64,000 nt of DNA from Hyphochytrium catenoides (lineage: Eukaryota > Protista > Hyphochytriomycota), in contig FLMG01004002.1 in NCBI GenBank assembly GCA_900088475.1, positions 1-64,000 on the forward strand, read 5' to 3'. Both the position numbers and the translations under genes were made by a program. Below are positions 49,701-64,000 of this stretch, one piece after another. The notes beneath the pieces are model-generated. The model was not told the origin of the DNA, searched no databases, and was given only the letters and a program-made list of their open reading frames with translations. How positions within the stretch are numbered: the stretch's first letter is position 1; each line of letters starts with the position of its first letter.

Positions 49701-52700
49701 ACAAGGAGTTAAGGGCGAGCTTCTGGGAAGAAGGAGGTTGACTGCCAAGAAGTTGGGATAGTGAGCTGATGTAGCGGATGTCAGAGAGAAGGCAGCCAAA
49801 AGGTTCGTCCCTAAACTCTACCTTCTGTCCCGGCTTGTTGGGATCAGCCTTTTTCGTGGGCTTTATGCCGAAGATGATGCAAGCTGCCTCCATTGTCAGC
49901 TTAACACCGCCAGGTGGAGTCTTCAACGCTTTAACCTTCGGGCAAAGCATAACAAGAGAGAGGAACCGAACATCACGAATCAGCCATGCCCAGCCTTATA
50001 AAAGGGTGATAGTGCCTGACAGCAAAAGTCCACAGACCAATTGGGAATGAAAGTTGCCGAGACACAACAGAATGGACAAGCGCACCGCAGGGGCAGACTG
50101 CAAGCATTGTTTATGGTACCTCGTCTATATCGCTCTTCTTAAGCATGTTCAGGCATTTTACGGCCTCATCCAAAGCCGGAAGAGCCTGGTCTAAGTCTTT
50201 TTGGGCGTCATCTTTGATAGCCTGATGTACCGGTAAGAAATGAAGGGGCCAATAGAAGAAAGAGGGGGTAGGAAAAGATAGGAGGAGGAGACAATTCCCA
50301 GGTTAGAGATACGCTGTTGGCTTCCACTTTTCGTCCCGTCTTATGACGAGGCCAGGATGGGCTATCTGACCTGGGCCATGGCCGCCTTTGTGTTTGCGGT
50401 TGTCTCCTCCTTCTCGACTTCTGCCTTCATTCGGTCAGCCGCCTCCTTGTCCTTCGCAATAATCTGTACCATCTGTTCCACCTCCGCCTGAGTGCGCTCT
50501 AGCTCGGGCTTGAGAGCTATGAGTTGTTCCTGCCGACCCACAATAGACCATGAGAGATATTATGAGGACTAGCACTTGCCAATCAAATGGTGTAGGTAAC
50601 AAGATTCTATCGAATGACATCTTTTCCTCCTCTCTGCCATAGCCTCACCGATTTATCCGGTGCAGTATCGTTTCCTTCTCTTACCCAGCCGCTTTTCTCT
50701 GATAAGGTCAGCTGGTAGTTCTCACGGCTACATCGTTCCTATTCTCATCTTATCCAGTAGATTCTTCACTGGGGCTCGCTTACCTGCATGCTCGCCACCT
50801 GCAGCTTAGTCGACTTGATCTTGTCGACTCCATTTTGAAGCCTTCCACAAGCCCCTTGAAGTTCCTCTTTTCGGCCCTTGAAGATGGCTTTGAAGGTTTG
50901 AAGAAGTTCGAGATAAGAAGTGGGCGTCACGTAATTATGACGCCTCAGGTGCTGGAAAAAGAGTCGACTCTTGCTCTCCACAGATTGGTGAGCAACTTGA
51001 AAGAATGCTACGAGAGATGGGAGGTGCTCCCCTACGCCCTCTCCTGTGCCTCTTTCCTCTTTGTCTGAGGACGGAGAGAAAGCACTCATTGCGACCGAAT
51101 GGAGAGCCTCTTCCGGCCACTCACGGAACCAGTCTATGGTGCAACAATTGACCAGAGAAGGGAACATTCGCAAGCGACGTCGGAAACTATCTCCAATAGG
51201 GCTCATACATAGGACCACGTGCATGTTCCTCCTTACTTTTTGGAGAAACAGAGAGAAGAGTGTAAGCTTAGTTGGTGGCAGGGCTAGTCTTTGGCATTCC
51301 CCTCGCAGAGCGCTAAAGATTTGCTCCAAGTCCTCGTCCTTGTAGAGGTTGGGCACATCGCCGCTATTCAGTATGCTATTCAGATCTTCCAGCATCGTCT
51401 CATCAATGACCTGTCAGCGTCAAGGCAATTGTTGGCAGAGCCGAGATAAAGCCAATCAACGTTCCGTCAAGAAGGTGACGGGATATCTGGAATGGCTTAC
51501 CTGGACATCAGAAAAGAGGAACACGGTTTGTCTTCCTTGCAGCCCAGCCGTCATGAGGCATCGCTTAACGTCTTCTCGCCACTCTTTCATGCCATATCCT
51601 TTCGAGATCTCCACCTGGGGATCAAGGTGAAGACACAATCCTCAGCTTTAGAAGAAGATATTTGAAAGTGGTCGCAATCTTATTGAAGACCCAGAACGGC
51701 CTCAATGATCAGTAAGAATGCGCAATGAATGGTTGTAGGCTATGACAAAGGGGGATCACGACGAACGGACGAAGAGAGCAGGTAAAGTGGGTGGAAGACA
51801 TAAGTATCATCAAAGGTAAAAGCTCCAACACAGCCAAACAATAGAATCAGCGAGGCACAGGGGCCACGATTGAGATAGAAATAGCCCAACACGCTCGTTA
51901 GTGAATCGTCCATACCTGGAAGCACGTGTACTCCGCTATGGAAGTAGCTAGCTTGGCCAAACTTTGCCTACCGCTACCGCCAACGCCTAACAAAAGAGCA
52001 TGTCCTCTCTCTTGCCTTAGGACTCTGCTAACTCTGGACACATGCTCCATCGCGTCAAGGAAGAGAACAAGAGGCATTGGGGTCCTAGAGGTAGCATTGA
52101 AATCGCTGAGATATTCTTGCAGAATGGAAGACAGCGCAGAATGGTCTGGGATCTCTTGGTAAAGCTTGGGCTCTGCTCCTGGGTGCATGAAGTCTCCGTA
52201 GATCAACCTCTTGTTACCCTTCATGACCGCCTCCCACAGGCATGCCTGTTCATTATTCCCGGCAGTTCCTGTGACATCACTGATGCCGACATCTTCATCT
52301 TCTTGAAGCGAGATGTGCTTGAAAGCCCGTCCGTCTACTACTTGCCGTAACAGGGACAGGAACCAATTGTTATCCTCCTCGTTCACAAGTCGATCACCGA
52401 AAACCCTGCAGCTCTCGTGGACCCAGAGGCGCAATAGAGCTAAGGGGGAACGGATGGTTCCTCTCTCTCCCATCAGCAGACCTTGCAGTACTTTGGCTAA
52501 GTCTCTTAGGTTGAAAGTGTAGTGAGGTCGCGATGGAGTCGGAAGCAGCTCTCGGGTAATGGTGTTATATAAGTCAATGCTGGATATCACCACTGGAGGC
52601 GCAACGAGAGAAGAGATTGGGCTCAGGAGGACGAATGGTCTGATATGAGTGCACAAGAAATCGATAGTAGACAAGGGACGAGAACACATCAGCCCAATGA

Positions 52701-55700
52701 ACATTCATCATGATAGCCGTTTCGACGCAGATAAGAGGTTGACTGAGGTAAGAACTCCTCCTTCCTTCTTTAACTTACATGGCTGGCACATTGACGAGAT
52801 CTCCTCATTTCCCCAAGCTCCCAGAAAAGTGCCCAAGATTGTGCTGAAAATTTTTTGCTTGCTTTCGTCTTCGAGCTCCGTTACGCTGAGCAAGTTAAAC
52901 TGGCGAACCAGCCTTCCGCTGATAGGATTCCTTCCACCGCCAGGAGGCCCCATCGCGGTTATGAATTGGAGGTCTACGATGGACTTGAAGGTGAGAGTCT
53001 TCCGATCATACCAGCCACTCTGGTCAAACCACTGTCGTAGAAGTTCAAGAGGGGGTTGTGCAAGGTACTTCTCTCGCTTGGGCATGTTGAGATCATCGAT
53101 AAAGATAATGTACTTCTTTCCGGTGGGCGGACCAAACACGCCTTTCTTCCTTTTCTCCATCTTCGAGTCGAGCAAGTCTTGCGTTTGATTTGCACTCGTC
53201 TGGGCTGAAAAAGAGAGGGAGATGGGGAGGGAGGTCTCTCCTAGCCCTTGTTGAAGATATTTGGCAATAGTGACTGTCTTTCCGGTTCCTGTTGGCCCAA
53301 CAACCATAATGTGCTTGCCGTTATTGAGGAGCAGATTTATCAGGAAGGTGTGTCTCACGGAGTCCTGAGTTGGAACAATGACTTCAGCCAACTGCCTCTC
53401 CCCTTGAGCAACCGAGAAAGATGGGATTGTATCCATCCAGGGCAACCACTGGTTGCCTTGAAGGTCAAAGTGATAATCATAGAGTAACCCGGTCTTGGGC
53501 AGATAAAGGCCTTCTCTCTCTTGTATACCGCCACCATCAATTGCATGGTGTTCTTGTTTCCCATTGCACAGAAAGGAGCCTACCTCTGCCCGCAAGAAAG
53601 CGTCAAAACGCCTTCGCCCTGCGCTGTCAGTTGTGGCTCCTACCGACCAAAGCAGAGCAAAAATGAACAGACCTTCAACTCCTCTGCCCACCTTCTTTCT
53701 TCCTTCTTGAAGGACTTCGGCATTCACACCGTCCTTTGGTAGAAGAATATGCAAATAACAGTCTAGGATCCGGGTAAGGCTCTGCGTGAGGTTATTATCC
53801 ACACTTGGAACTGGCTCTTTCATGTTCCCTCTCAAGAAGGTTAGGCACGGAGAGAGAAGAGAGTCAAATAGGAATTGGAGCTGCGCTCTTGTCCCATAGG
53901 TTATGTGCTGCGACCAACGCTGGATCCAACTCTGTATTAGGACGTCTAGCCCTAACGCCGCCGGTTCCATGTAAACCATCCCAGCTCTGGAGACGGTAGC
54001 TGGAGATGCCATTGAGAGGTCATCCACCTCGAATATCATCGTCATGGTCTCTGTCATCTTAAGCATCTCTCCGCTATTGAGACAGAGCTTCTTGTTGTCA
54101 TCCAGTACGGTGTTCATGCTCTCAATCCAGATAGCGTCTACCGGTCCGTCGAGTATTAGCCACTTTCTCTCAAGAGAAGATGAGAAAGCTGCTTCTCTGT
54201 AGAGAGTGGAAAGAATTCCATCCTGCCATTCGTGGGTGCTAGGGTCGAATTCTCCATACAGCTGTCCCAAAGTTATGCTCTTTGGGTTCAGTTGATAGCG
54301 AATCACGCGCTCAAATGCAAAACCCTTTTGCTCAGCACTTTTGAGCTCTGTGAGGGCCTGTGTGTTTGGGCGATTATTAGAAAATGGGGAGATAAGTCTT
54401 GATTAAAGAAATGAGGTACACTCCGGGACCAAGAGAACAAGTAACTGGAGGACAAATTGGTGGGGAAAGCTGAACGACAAAGCAAACGCGGAAGAGCCTG
54501 TTCGCAACCGAAGTTGATAAGAAAAGGAGAATGCCCTAATTAAGCTCTTACCTGTGCAAGGATATTGATGTTGGTGCTCTTTCCTCCTCCGGTAGGCCCA
54601 ACCAACATGATCCCATGCCTCACACAGAGAGTCTCATACAGTTGAACTACCTTAGAGAGAAATGAAGGAGGAGAAAGGAGACCTTCCCGTTCACATTGCA
54701 GACCCACAGCCCGGTGAAGTGCCATCAAGTCAGAAGGGGGCCGCTCGAGACCCGGGAAGAGATCTGCTAGGATACCCTGAAAGAGAGGAAGATCTTGAGC
54801 AAGGAACTTAGGCAGATTTACATCCTGCAGTGCTCTTAGTAAAAGAGCCTCTTCATCCATCTCCGGGTTCTGACGCTTCAGATTGCCGGCCGCGGTAATT
54901 GTGGTCTGAATGGGTCATAGGAGAGGGCCACGAGAAGAGCGATATAAGGACGAGAGAGAGGACGCGTTCAAGACACCGAGACCTAAACTACAGAAGGAAA
55001 TGCGACGATCTCATCAAGAATGTAAAATGAAGAGGCGTCGCTGAAACTGACAGAAAATGAAAGCACGAGCTCCAAATGGAGCAGATGTGAGTCGCAAGTA
55101 GCCGATGACAATAAAAATGTGTCCTCCTTTTTAGGCCAATCTTGGGAAGAGTCACCTACCTTTACAGCTCTCATCCCATAATCATAGTGGAACTGGGCGG
55201 AGAGCTGCTCGGAGCAGAGCTTAAAGGTGCTAACCATTTTCTGCCCACATTCTCTTGCCCTTCCAAATCCAAAAGCGAAGAAAAGAATTTCTCCAATTAG
55301 GGCGTAGTCGGGAACCATCATTGCAACAGGTCTGAACAGAGCTGCTAAAGAATCTGGGAGCTCGGAACGTCCTGCATAACCTGGGTTCATCGTAATGAAA
55401 ACCCCGAACTGGTCATTTAAGGGAATGTCCGAGCCTTCGAAGATCAGACGCTGTGAAGAGAAACCGTCAGCAGAGGTACCAGGGTAATGGGACTATGCGA
55501 AGAGGCTACATCAGTAAGAAGGAAGACTTACCTTCTCTCCTCTTCGGATGCCCATTTGAATGGTAATGACTTGCTGTCCAACCACCGACAGCACCTCCAC
55601 GTCAATGCGGTTAAACTCATCAAAGCATGCCCAGGCTCCGCAAGAGGCAAGGCCCTTAAAAAACTTCCCCATAGCAATATAGTCCAATCCTACATGTTCG

Positions 55701-58700
55701 TGGTAAGATGTTAGAAAAAGCTAAGAGAGACACATGGCCAGAAAAAGCTTTCGCTCCAACGCTATTTTGGCAACACTGCTGCTTTTAGTTCTTTGCCTAC
55801 CATCTGAACAGTTAAAGACTACGCACTGCTTAGCCAGGGCCTTAGCGAGATCCTTGGTGGACTCAGTCTTTCCGGTACCTGCGGGACCGGCAGGAGCCCC
55901 ACCCAGAGTCATCTGCAGAGCTGTGAAGACAAAAGGGTAAAGCTGATGAAAATTGTCTGACAGAGAACTGGAAGCCCCAAAATGAGGTTATGCCGCTGAA
56001 CCTCGTCAGATCTAAAGTGCCCTCTCCGTAATCCTATTCATGAGTTCAATGACACTTCCTCCTGTTGGTGCTTCTTCTCCTTGATGCGGTCCTTTTTGCC
56101 ATATCGTGTAGATCTTACCTGCCAGTAAGGTCATGTAGCACTTATCGGTGAGCGGAGTGATGACCAGCCTCATAGAATTGCCAAGATATTCGTAGCCGTA
56201 AGGCCGCCGTGCGGAGACCATCTCTGCCCAAAGATTTCCATCATCCTTTCCTTCCCCTTGTCCTTCTTTCTCTCTCACCCAGTAGTATCTTAATTGGCTA
56301 ATCCAGTTAAAGTCCGCGACATCCTTCACTCCTCCTCCCTTTTCCCCGTCACCCTCTTGCAATAAAGAGGCAGTGACGTCTCTTGCATGCACATCGAGGA
56401 CTGTCAATGCTCCGAGCGTGGTTCTGGTTTGACCACTAATGTTGGAGCGGACGAGACGGACCATATCGGCCAGCTGAGCCAGTTGAAGGTCTAGTTGAGC
56501 TTTGATCCCAGTAGGGCCTGCAGAGGTAATAGCCTCTTCCATCTGACGAGTCCAATGAGTCTGCGACGCATTCAGGACGCACATGCCTGGCGAACCAGAT
56601 AAAGAGGATTAGGGCAATGAAACCTCCCTAGGTACGTACACACTACACTCCATTCCACAGGGTCATATTGGCAAGTGCAAGTTGATACCTGGCCATCGCT
56701 GTATCCATTTCGTCCGCGGCGTGGCCTCATAATCCAGAATAGCAGCCTTCATTGCCTCCCTGACCGCTTCCCGCATGCTTTGCTCCAGGTCACCCATCCA
56801 GATCTCCACTGCTCTTCCTTTTGTCTCAATGGGAGAAGAAAGGGGAACGGTCTCCTCCTCTGCACTGATCATCGCACTAATCGTTCCGTCAGCCCTGCAA
56901 AGGACCTTCACTAGACCCTCAAAGCACTTCTTAAGATGCGGTTGCACTCTCTGGACATCTCTCCCCTCAGACAGGAGAGAAAGCAGCTCTTCATTTGCAA
57001 GAAAATAGAAGCGGGAGAAAGCTGCACGCTTGGTCTCAAGGTAATCGCTGAGGCCTAGTTTAGAGGGCAATTCACGTCAGTTAGTAAGATTGTGTTGGGC
57101 AAAGGAACACCGATATCAACAGAACCGGGTAAGACCAAGAGCCCGCAAACATTGGGAAGAAGAGGGCCCGCCACGGCAATGGTGGTGAATTGGTGTTTTC
57201 TATGGAGAGACTAGTAAGGGAAAAGAGAGGAGGGCAAAGGAGAGATTGCAGAGGTCGGGAATTGTGTTCATCTCACCTTTTTGAACGCTTTCAAGCATCC
57301 TATTGCTCTCCTTCAACTTCTGGAGAAGCCTCTCATTGTCGCAAACCTTTAAAACTGAAGGTTTGGAGTGCGCTTGTGCCAACATATTGCGGTAGGTCTT
57401 ATCGACTGTTGAGAAGCGCTTGCTTTCGGTCGGAAGCTAGGTGTATACGGAGCACGACGTAGAGGGAAGCACAAATGAATTGACGTTAGGCGCAATACTC
57501 TCCCTGAGGGTGATATAAGGTACCAAGCAGTGCACTGCAAGCTATTTGGCTTTAGGATATTTCCAAGGCTGCTTGCAATCCTTCCCTGGGTGCCGTCCGG
57601 TTTTCCTCTCATAAACTGACCGACCATCGTCCTCACCTGCTTGATAATTTCTGGGGAGTCAAAAATGGGCTGAAGATAAAGCCAGCTTCTTTGAACCGCC
57701 ATCCACTCCTCCAAGACCTCGCTGATGAGACTGAGTGAAACGGACCAGCGCTCAATTTTTTCTTCGTAAGGCTTCTTGAAGGGAGAGAACTGCAAGGTTT
57801 GGACCATTGTCAGCTTTTCTCCAAGATCAGCCAGAACTTCCTCCACGGCTCTCAAGATGAACGTCTGCGTCTCCCGGTAAGGTACAACTTGAAGAGAGAG
57901 AAGAGAAAGCCCCTTTTCAATCTCATCTAAGGCTTTTTCAATCTGGTACTCCTTGTTCGCAGTCTCGGCTTTTTTAGAAAGAATAGAAGAGAGCAAGCAT
58001 GGAGTGAGTGTGCCGTCTAGTAGAACGAGCAAAGGATCTCTGCCAACAAGGGGGTAAAGAACAATGTAGGTGCTAGCAGAAGTGAGTTGCACTAGTCACG
58101 AAGCCAAGCAACAGGTAAATATACGTTTAAGAGGGAGGGGGAGGCTTACCAACTTTTGAGATGAGCGTGAGATGTTCTGCGAGGTTCATGTTCAGCATAT
58201 CGGCCAACGAATTCTTCTCGTTTGGAGCGATGGGCTTTCCAATCTGTGCTCCCAGAGCCTCCCAATGACGGAGGCCTAGGCCAGGCGTCCTCAGCGCAGT
58301 TATGAGAGGAAGGTGTTCCTTGAACGCCAATATTCTTGTTTTGATCTCAGTGGCAATGGCTGAACAATCCACATTCTGAGCCTTTTCAAAATACTTCGAT
58401 GCCTTCTGTGCGCCCATCCATAGACTCTCGAGCTCTTTTTCCATGGCGTCGGGAGAGAGAGAGAGGAACTGACCATCCATCCAAGAGGATTGTCTACGGA
58501 GAAAGTTGCTGGTCGTAACCCAAAGGAGAGTATAGGGTTCAAGGGACTTCTTGAGAGTATCCAGAAGTTCAAAGCGAGACAAAGTTAGGGAAAGCAGCTC
58601 TTCTCGGCTATTGTGCAGCGCTCTCTCCTCTTCAAACTTCTTAATCTTTTTCTCCAGCACGTCGACATGCAGTCTGATCTGGTCAATGTTCCTTATATCT

Positions 58701-61700
58701 TTGTATCGTGAGACGACTTGTATCTCATTATCCAGACTCTGTAGGGCGTCCATCATCAGGACGCTATCCTCTTGAACACTATGTAAAATGGCTTTAGCAC
58801 TCTGATTGTAAGAGGCAAAATAACGTTGACAGAAAGAATGAAGCAAGACAGAGAGAAATAGGGGGAAATTAACGTCTTACATCGTCGAGAAATTAGATCT
58901 GAGTTCTTCAATGACCAAGCGTGTCCTCTCTACCTTCCTCCCAATTCTGAGAGGAAAGCTCTTCCTCTCCAAAAGCTTTCTAGCATCTTCTTCTGGAACA
59001 ATGAAGTGAAAGTTCCAAAGTGATTGGAGGCATCTCTCGGCCTCATCTTCTCTTTCCTTCAACGCTTGCAGCTCATGTGGAACAGTGGCAGATATGTACT
59101 CTACCAACGCCGTCAATTGCTCCACGTCTCCAGGGGTCTTGGAGAGGGTGTCTATGACCTAAGGTCAAAATAAGCCAGCAGCAAAGTGGAAGAAAGGGAA
59201 GCAGAGTGAGAACAGCCATCATCCATTAGAGTTATCATCCTTAACCGTATCCAACTCAAATACTTTAATGGCATCTTTCTCCTGGTATTCTTTGTTGGCA
59301 CTTACCTTAAGATACTTCGCCTCGCTCTGATTTCTGACTGCCCTTGCCCTCCTCAACAGAAAGTCTTGTAACTGGTGGGCGACCTCCAGATGCTTTTTGA
59401 GAAGTACTCCGCGGACTTCGGCGCAGTTGACCGCAATCATACCAAAGTTGACTAAGTTTCTTGGTATCTCTTCGTCAGCAGCCCGAGCTAACTTCAGGCG
59501 ATTGCGAATTTCCGTCTCTATTTGCAACAGATGGTGAGGAGGAAGAGGCACTGAAGGATCATCAATAAGACCCCTCGCGGCCACCCCAGCTGCCACCTTC
59601 TCTGCTTCCAAATCCGCTGCCGCTTCACCTGTAGAAGCTGCCTCTGAGGCTTCGGTGGATAATGACTTGGAAAAAGGAGCAGAGGAGGATGTTCCTCCTG
59701 CGCTGACGTACTGTAAGACATGCTCCTTGGTGTCCAAGGATAAGGTCTCAACATGCTTGTTGAACATCGTAAGATACTGCATGAGAGGAGCGGTATATTC
59801 TCTCATTCTTCGTGCAAGGCCATTTCTACATGCTTGTATAGACTCCTCTTCAAATGAAACGGGAGTTAGAGAAGGGTGGCTACTCCAGAAGAAGTGCTTC
59901 ATAGCATACTGCTCCGGATTCTTAACCTTAAAAGTGCTTTTTAGAGCGCTGTCAAAAACCCGAAGCAGCGACTCTTCAAATTTCTGCAATTCGGTGTTAT
60001 ACGTAAACCCATAACCTTCCCGAGGAGAAAGCGGAGAAAGAGGGCAAGGATCTGACGAACTTCCGCCCGCTTTCTTGCGCTCGGTGTACCAGGCCTCGAT
60101 CTCCTGTTGCATGTGAATAGATCACTCCGGTTAGAGCTGCAGCACTTTTGGAAGCTGACAGCAGGTGCACACATGAAAGTGATGGCCCATTTTAAGCAGA
60201 TAGTAATGCGGGATGCCCTAAGAAGACGTCGAAGAGAGCACGAACAACAGCATCGCTTTCTACCTAACCTTGTTCCGTTGGAGCATCTCTGCCTCGTTTA
60301 TAATCGCTTTGTCCTTGCTGATGACGAGGTCAACGTAAAAAGTAGGGGGATGCAGGTGTAGTCCGTCCGCTCCGTTGACTTCCTTCATTGTCTTACTGTC
60401 TCCGCTAACTTCCAGGGTTCGCCCATATGGTGTTTTCCGACAACTTCTGATGATGACTTCATTTATGCTTCGCACCTCGACGGTGCTGGAGTCGTATGGC
60501 TCAAAGAGCCCACAGAACTCAGAGAGCGAAGTTAATGTTGCAGTGCGCAATGCCGACTGAGTAACATTGGCGGGGAGAAGTTAGTCCAACAAATGTACAG
60601 AAAAAGAGGCTTCTGCAGAAGACAACAACCAAAACCCAAAACATGCCTAGACAAGAAGACGAATCGAAGAGACCGAGAGGAGGTCGGAGAACTTAATAGG
60701 CAGACCAGCCTAGCAGACCTGCATCATCAGCCGGATACGTATGAATAGCTTCTTCAGCTTGGAGTACTGGTATGAGTCAAAGTCGCTCTGACCCATGTGG
60801 AACCAGCCTTTTTGGACCGGGGCCAACCCGCCTTCTATCGCTTTTACGACCTCCTGCACCCATACACCTTCTAGATACTCCGCGGCTGAGGAGATTGTCA
60901 CTTCCTGCTGTTGTGCAAACTCCTAAGGTGGGCGAAGAAGCATTATGATGAATAGCAACATTAGATTACTCTTGTGTCAATCATTCTAATTATCAGATTC
61001 CAGTGAGGAGGTGCCATACGTCGGAGAGATTTGAAACCCTTCGTCGAAACGCTAAGAGGACGATGAGAACCATTGCCCTTCACAGGGTTATACCTTGAGC
61101 CTTGCCGCTCGACCTGGCTTGACAATGAGAAGTTTTTTACTAGCTGTGCGGTCACATTCAGCCAACGTGGAGACTAACACAGCTATGACCTGTACAGAGA
61201 GGCAAAAAATCACTCCTTTCGGAAAACCCAGAGCTCACCGTCGTTCAGAGACTAAGCAGGTGACCGAATAGCTCATGAAGAGTGAACACTGAGTGACTCT
61301 TGTGGCAGAAGGTGACTATCGGATATCGCACTCTTTAACATATTCAATATAGAGGAGGAAGGAGATTCATCAAGACTAAAGGTTTCTTGGATCTTCGTTT
61401 AAAAGGCGATGAATGACAAGTAGAATGGCTGGCTCACCTCTGCTGTTGTCAGGCATGTCTCTGTCAAGAAAGAGGTCTTCTTTTCTCGGACGGCTGCTGG
61501 AGAGAGTTTCAGGTTGTCCATTCGAGGATGGCCGTAACTGGAAGACAGAGGATCTTTGCAATGCCGAGCAATCACGCTGAGAAAATCAGGATTACTGCTA
61601 ATGACCGGCGTGATCCAGATCAGCAACATGAATCACGAGGCACGATACGCAGGTAGGAGATAGGAAGGTTAGCATGAATGCCAATGTTATAGCTCAGTGG

Positions 61701-63424
61701 GGAGGCAGGGAATCCCCCCAATACACATGTTTTGACATTGATAGGAGTTTGATAGAGGACAATGTCCATGATGGTGGACCAAAACATGGGAAGGATCAAA
61801 GACGAGAAAAAGAGCATGATGTCAAGGTCTATCTAACCGTAGACGAAACAAATTGAGCAACAAAGAACATGTTAGCTCCGACTGATCCCTTCCCTTACCC
61901 GGAAACAAGGGCATGCGAATCAAAGGCAAGCTTGTTTAGCGTTCTTTGGTATGCTCTGGATATTTCCACTAGTAGATTTTTGAGAAGATTCTCCTGGTAA
62001 GGTGTTTGACCCTGGGATGAGGATTTCCCGTCGCCTTTTTCAGGAATATTTACTTTTCTGCGCAGTCTTTGCCGCTGATTCATACCAATCTGAATGGTAA
62101 GGAAGCTTAGACTGGCACAAGAAATTGGAGCTCATAGAAGTGATGTCCGAAGCCCAGGCCAGAGCTATACGGTCATACGTACGCAGCCGCAGAAACAGGT
62201 AGCACCAGCAAAAGTCATACGGAAGAGGTGATATGAAAAGCTATCAGGAAGACCTACATCAGGCATGCCCTCAAGTGGCATACAGTCAACAGAAAGGCTG
62301 TAGTGAAGGTTCTGCAGGGTCTCATGACGGAGCTTGTGTGCTCTCGCAAGCCTTTGCGCAAACAGAACTGGATCCTCTACTCTGAACCAGATTTTAAGTC
62401 TGGGAATGCTCTCCTCAAGAGGTTCGAGTGTTGGGTCCTTGAAGATGACCTTGAAATGTCGCTGGACGGGATCGTAGGACGTGACGATACATTCAGACCA
62501 CTGACCAGCCGCAGAACCCTTCATGCGCTGTGCCATAGCAGGTATCGCCACTCCTCCCTTCTTCTGGCACTTTCCAAGTTCTATCCATCTCTAGAGGGTA
62601 TATTACAAAGTCGTGTGAGAGGCGGAGGATGGGGAAAGGCCCTAGACTAAGCTGAGGAACGAAACACCCAAGCGGGGAAAGCAGGGAGTTCGTGATAGCT
62701 TACCTCAGGGGGATGAGCCTCATAGTATTCTGCATCGTCGAAATCTTCGAGTTTCAGGAACGACTCCAACGGGGAGAGAGCATCGCTGATGGACAGCTGG
62801 TGGAGTTCTGTAGAGACTAAGGGACCTATGTCTGTTTCCATGTATTGCCTTCTTAATCTGCACGACCACACCATCAAATGCAGTCAGCGGAAGCAGGCCT
62901 TATAAAGTAAGCCAGCAAGTGTTTCTATGTTACTTGCATGAATGTGGTAGTAGAAGAAGAGTGTAAGATCGATAGAGAAGACGAAAGAGTTTGCGGTCTC
63001 ATATTAGAGAATTGAAAGGTGGTCCCGCACCCACTCACCTCTCAATTATAACGCCTCGTGGAGTTTGCCCGCGCTGGCGGTTGTGTGGAACCCAAGCCTT
63101 TGGCTCCAAGGTTCCAAAGTCGTCATAGCGGCTAAAGCTGCAGTCACTATTATTCCTCTTCCGGCCAATGGTGGACTCTTGAGTCGTGGTTTGGCTGTCT
63201 CCTGCTAATACGGCTAGAGGAGGAGGTGCAAAGGACGCTGCTTCTTGCCGCCGTGTAGGTGAGCAGTAGCCCTCCGATACATGGCCTATGACTGAATGCT
63301 CGGTATCTCTAATCACCAAACTCTGGTCTGGAAACTCTCCCTTTACAATAGGGGTAATACTAGCCCTGTTATTGGGGCCGCTGCCCGGTGGGGCTTGCGG
63401 CCTTGATGGCTTCAATCGGACCAT
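43763..63424 (-). CDS. DNAH1: Axonemal inner-arm dynein heavy chain, DNAH1-like, many exons
   Basis: P-loops [24 protein letters not shown] and GVGGSGRQ; [16 protein letters not shown]; C-terminal TGHSTNF..WIKAGVA. The N-terminal [14 protein letters not shown] and IPRL..EDP..F.QR..VDCMP segments resemble DNAH1. The 5' start is uncertain. Confidence 0.93.
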
Positions 63425-64000
63425 TTACGCTTTTAGGTCCTCAATCGGAGACTGGGAGTCCTCCTTCACTCTTCCTGGTCCGCACCTCCCGAGTAATCAC
63501 CTCGCTGGTGCTCTTAATCACAAATACCTGCTCGGATATCCGTCATTGGCAGAGATCACTACCAGGTCCCGTATTACTGCCTCCATGACCTGCCTCCTCA
63601 GGAAGTGGTACAAGCTGCTGAGAAACTAGAGAGTGCTAGGAGAGAATCTCAAGTGGAAGAAGAGCTGTTTGGCTGCGAAGCACTGACAGAATCTTCTCTC
63701 TCTGTCTCCCGGTAGAGCACCTCCTTATCATTCATCAGCTCTCAGTGTTGTTAGAGCTTCCGATCAAGTCCTTGCGGCCGCCTGTCCGTGCTCCATTCCA
63801 CGACCTGTGAGCCTCCTCTCACCCAAAGCTTTCGTGCCGTTTCAAACAAAGTCCCTCTTCGTTAATGCTATCAAGAATGAAACTCATGCATAACTATATT
63901 ATCAGCGATTAGAATGACTGCTAGAGTAATTGTTCATTGTTTGTGGTCCTTTATTCTTACTGAGCCGTTTCAGTGTTCGCCAGATTGTCGCTAACGCCAA

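Noticed and set aside
43814-63629. Many short plus-strand ORFs over the dynein gene
   Set aside because: They are antisense shadows of dynein exons with no independent motifs.

Overview
Gene-dense, intron-rich eukaryotic genomic DNA. It most likely comes from a flagellated SAR protist, probably a stramenopile; this is inferred from the CGGGKCG-type thioredoxin reductase, the axonemal dynein and the intron style. I spliced the gene models by hand from GT-AG junctions. In order: endonuclease III/NTH1 (+); F-box+TBC RabGAP (-); intronless isocitrate lyase with an N-terminal PTS2 (-); an ~8 kb accessory island (10.4-17.9 kb); intronless high-Mr thioredoxin reductase (+); a UBA-like-domain AGC kinase (-); EB1 (-); VKOR (+); cyclophilin (-); a DUF1853-like protein (+); a DysF-PH-VPS9 protein (-); COG5 (+); and a ~20 kb DNAH1-like inner-arm dynein heavy chain (-). 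The island contains a decayed OTU-like relic, a degenerate ~290-bp tandem array split by a 500-bp solo LTR with a GAGAC target-site duplication, and an intronless secreted protein with a GDGGYxNW motif. The most notable items are that array/LTR/secreted-gene island, the PTS2-targeted isocitrate lyase, and three unusual domain architectures. No rRNA, tRNA or CRISPR array was found. Exon boundaries are manual estimates and no database searches were run.
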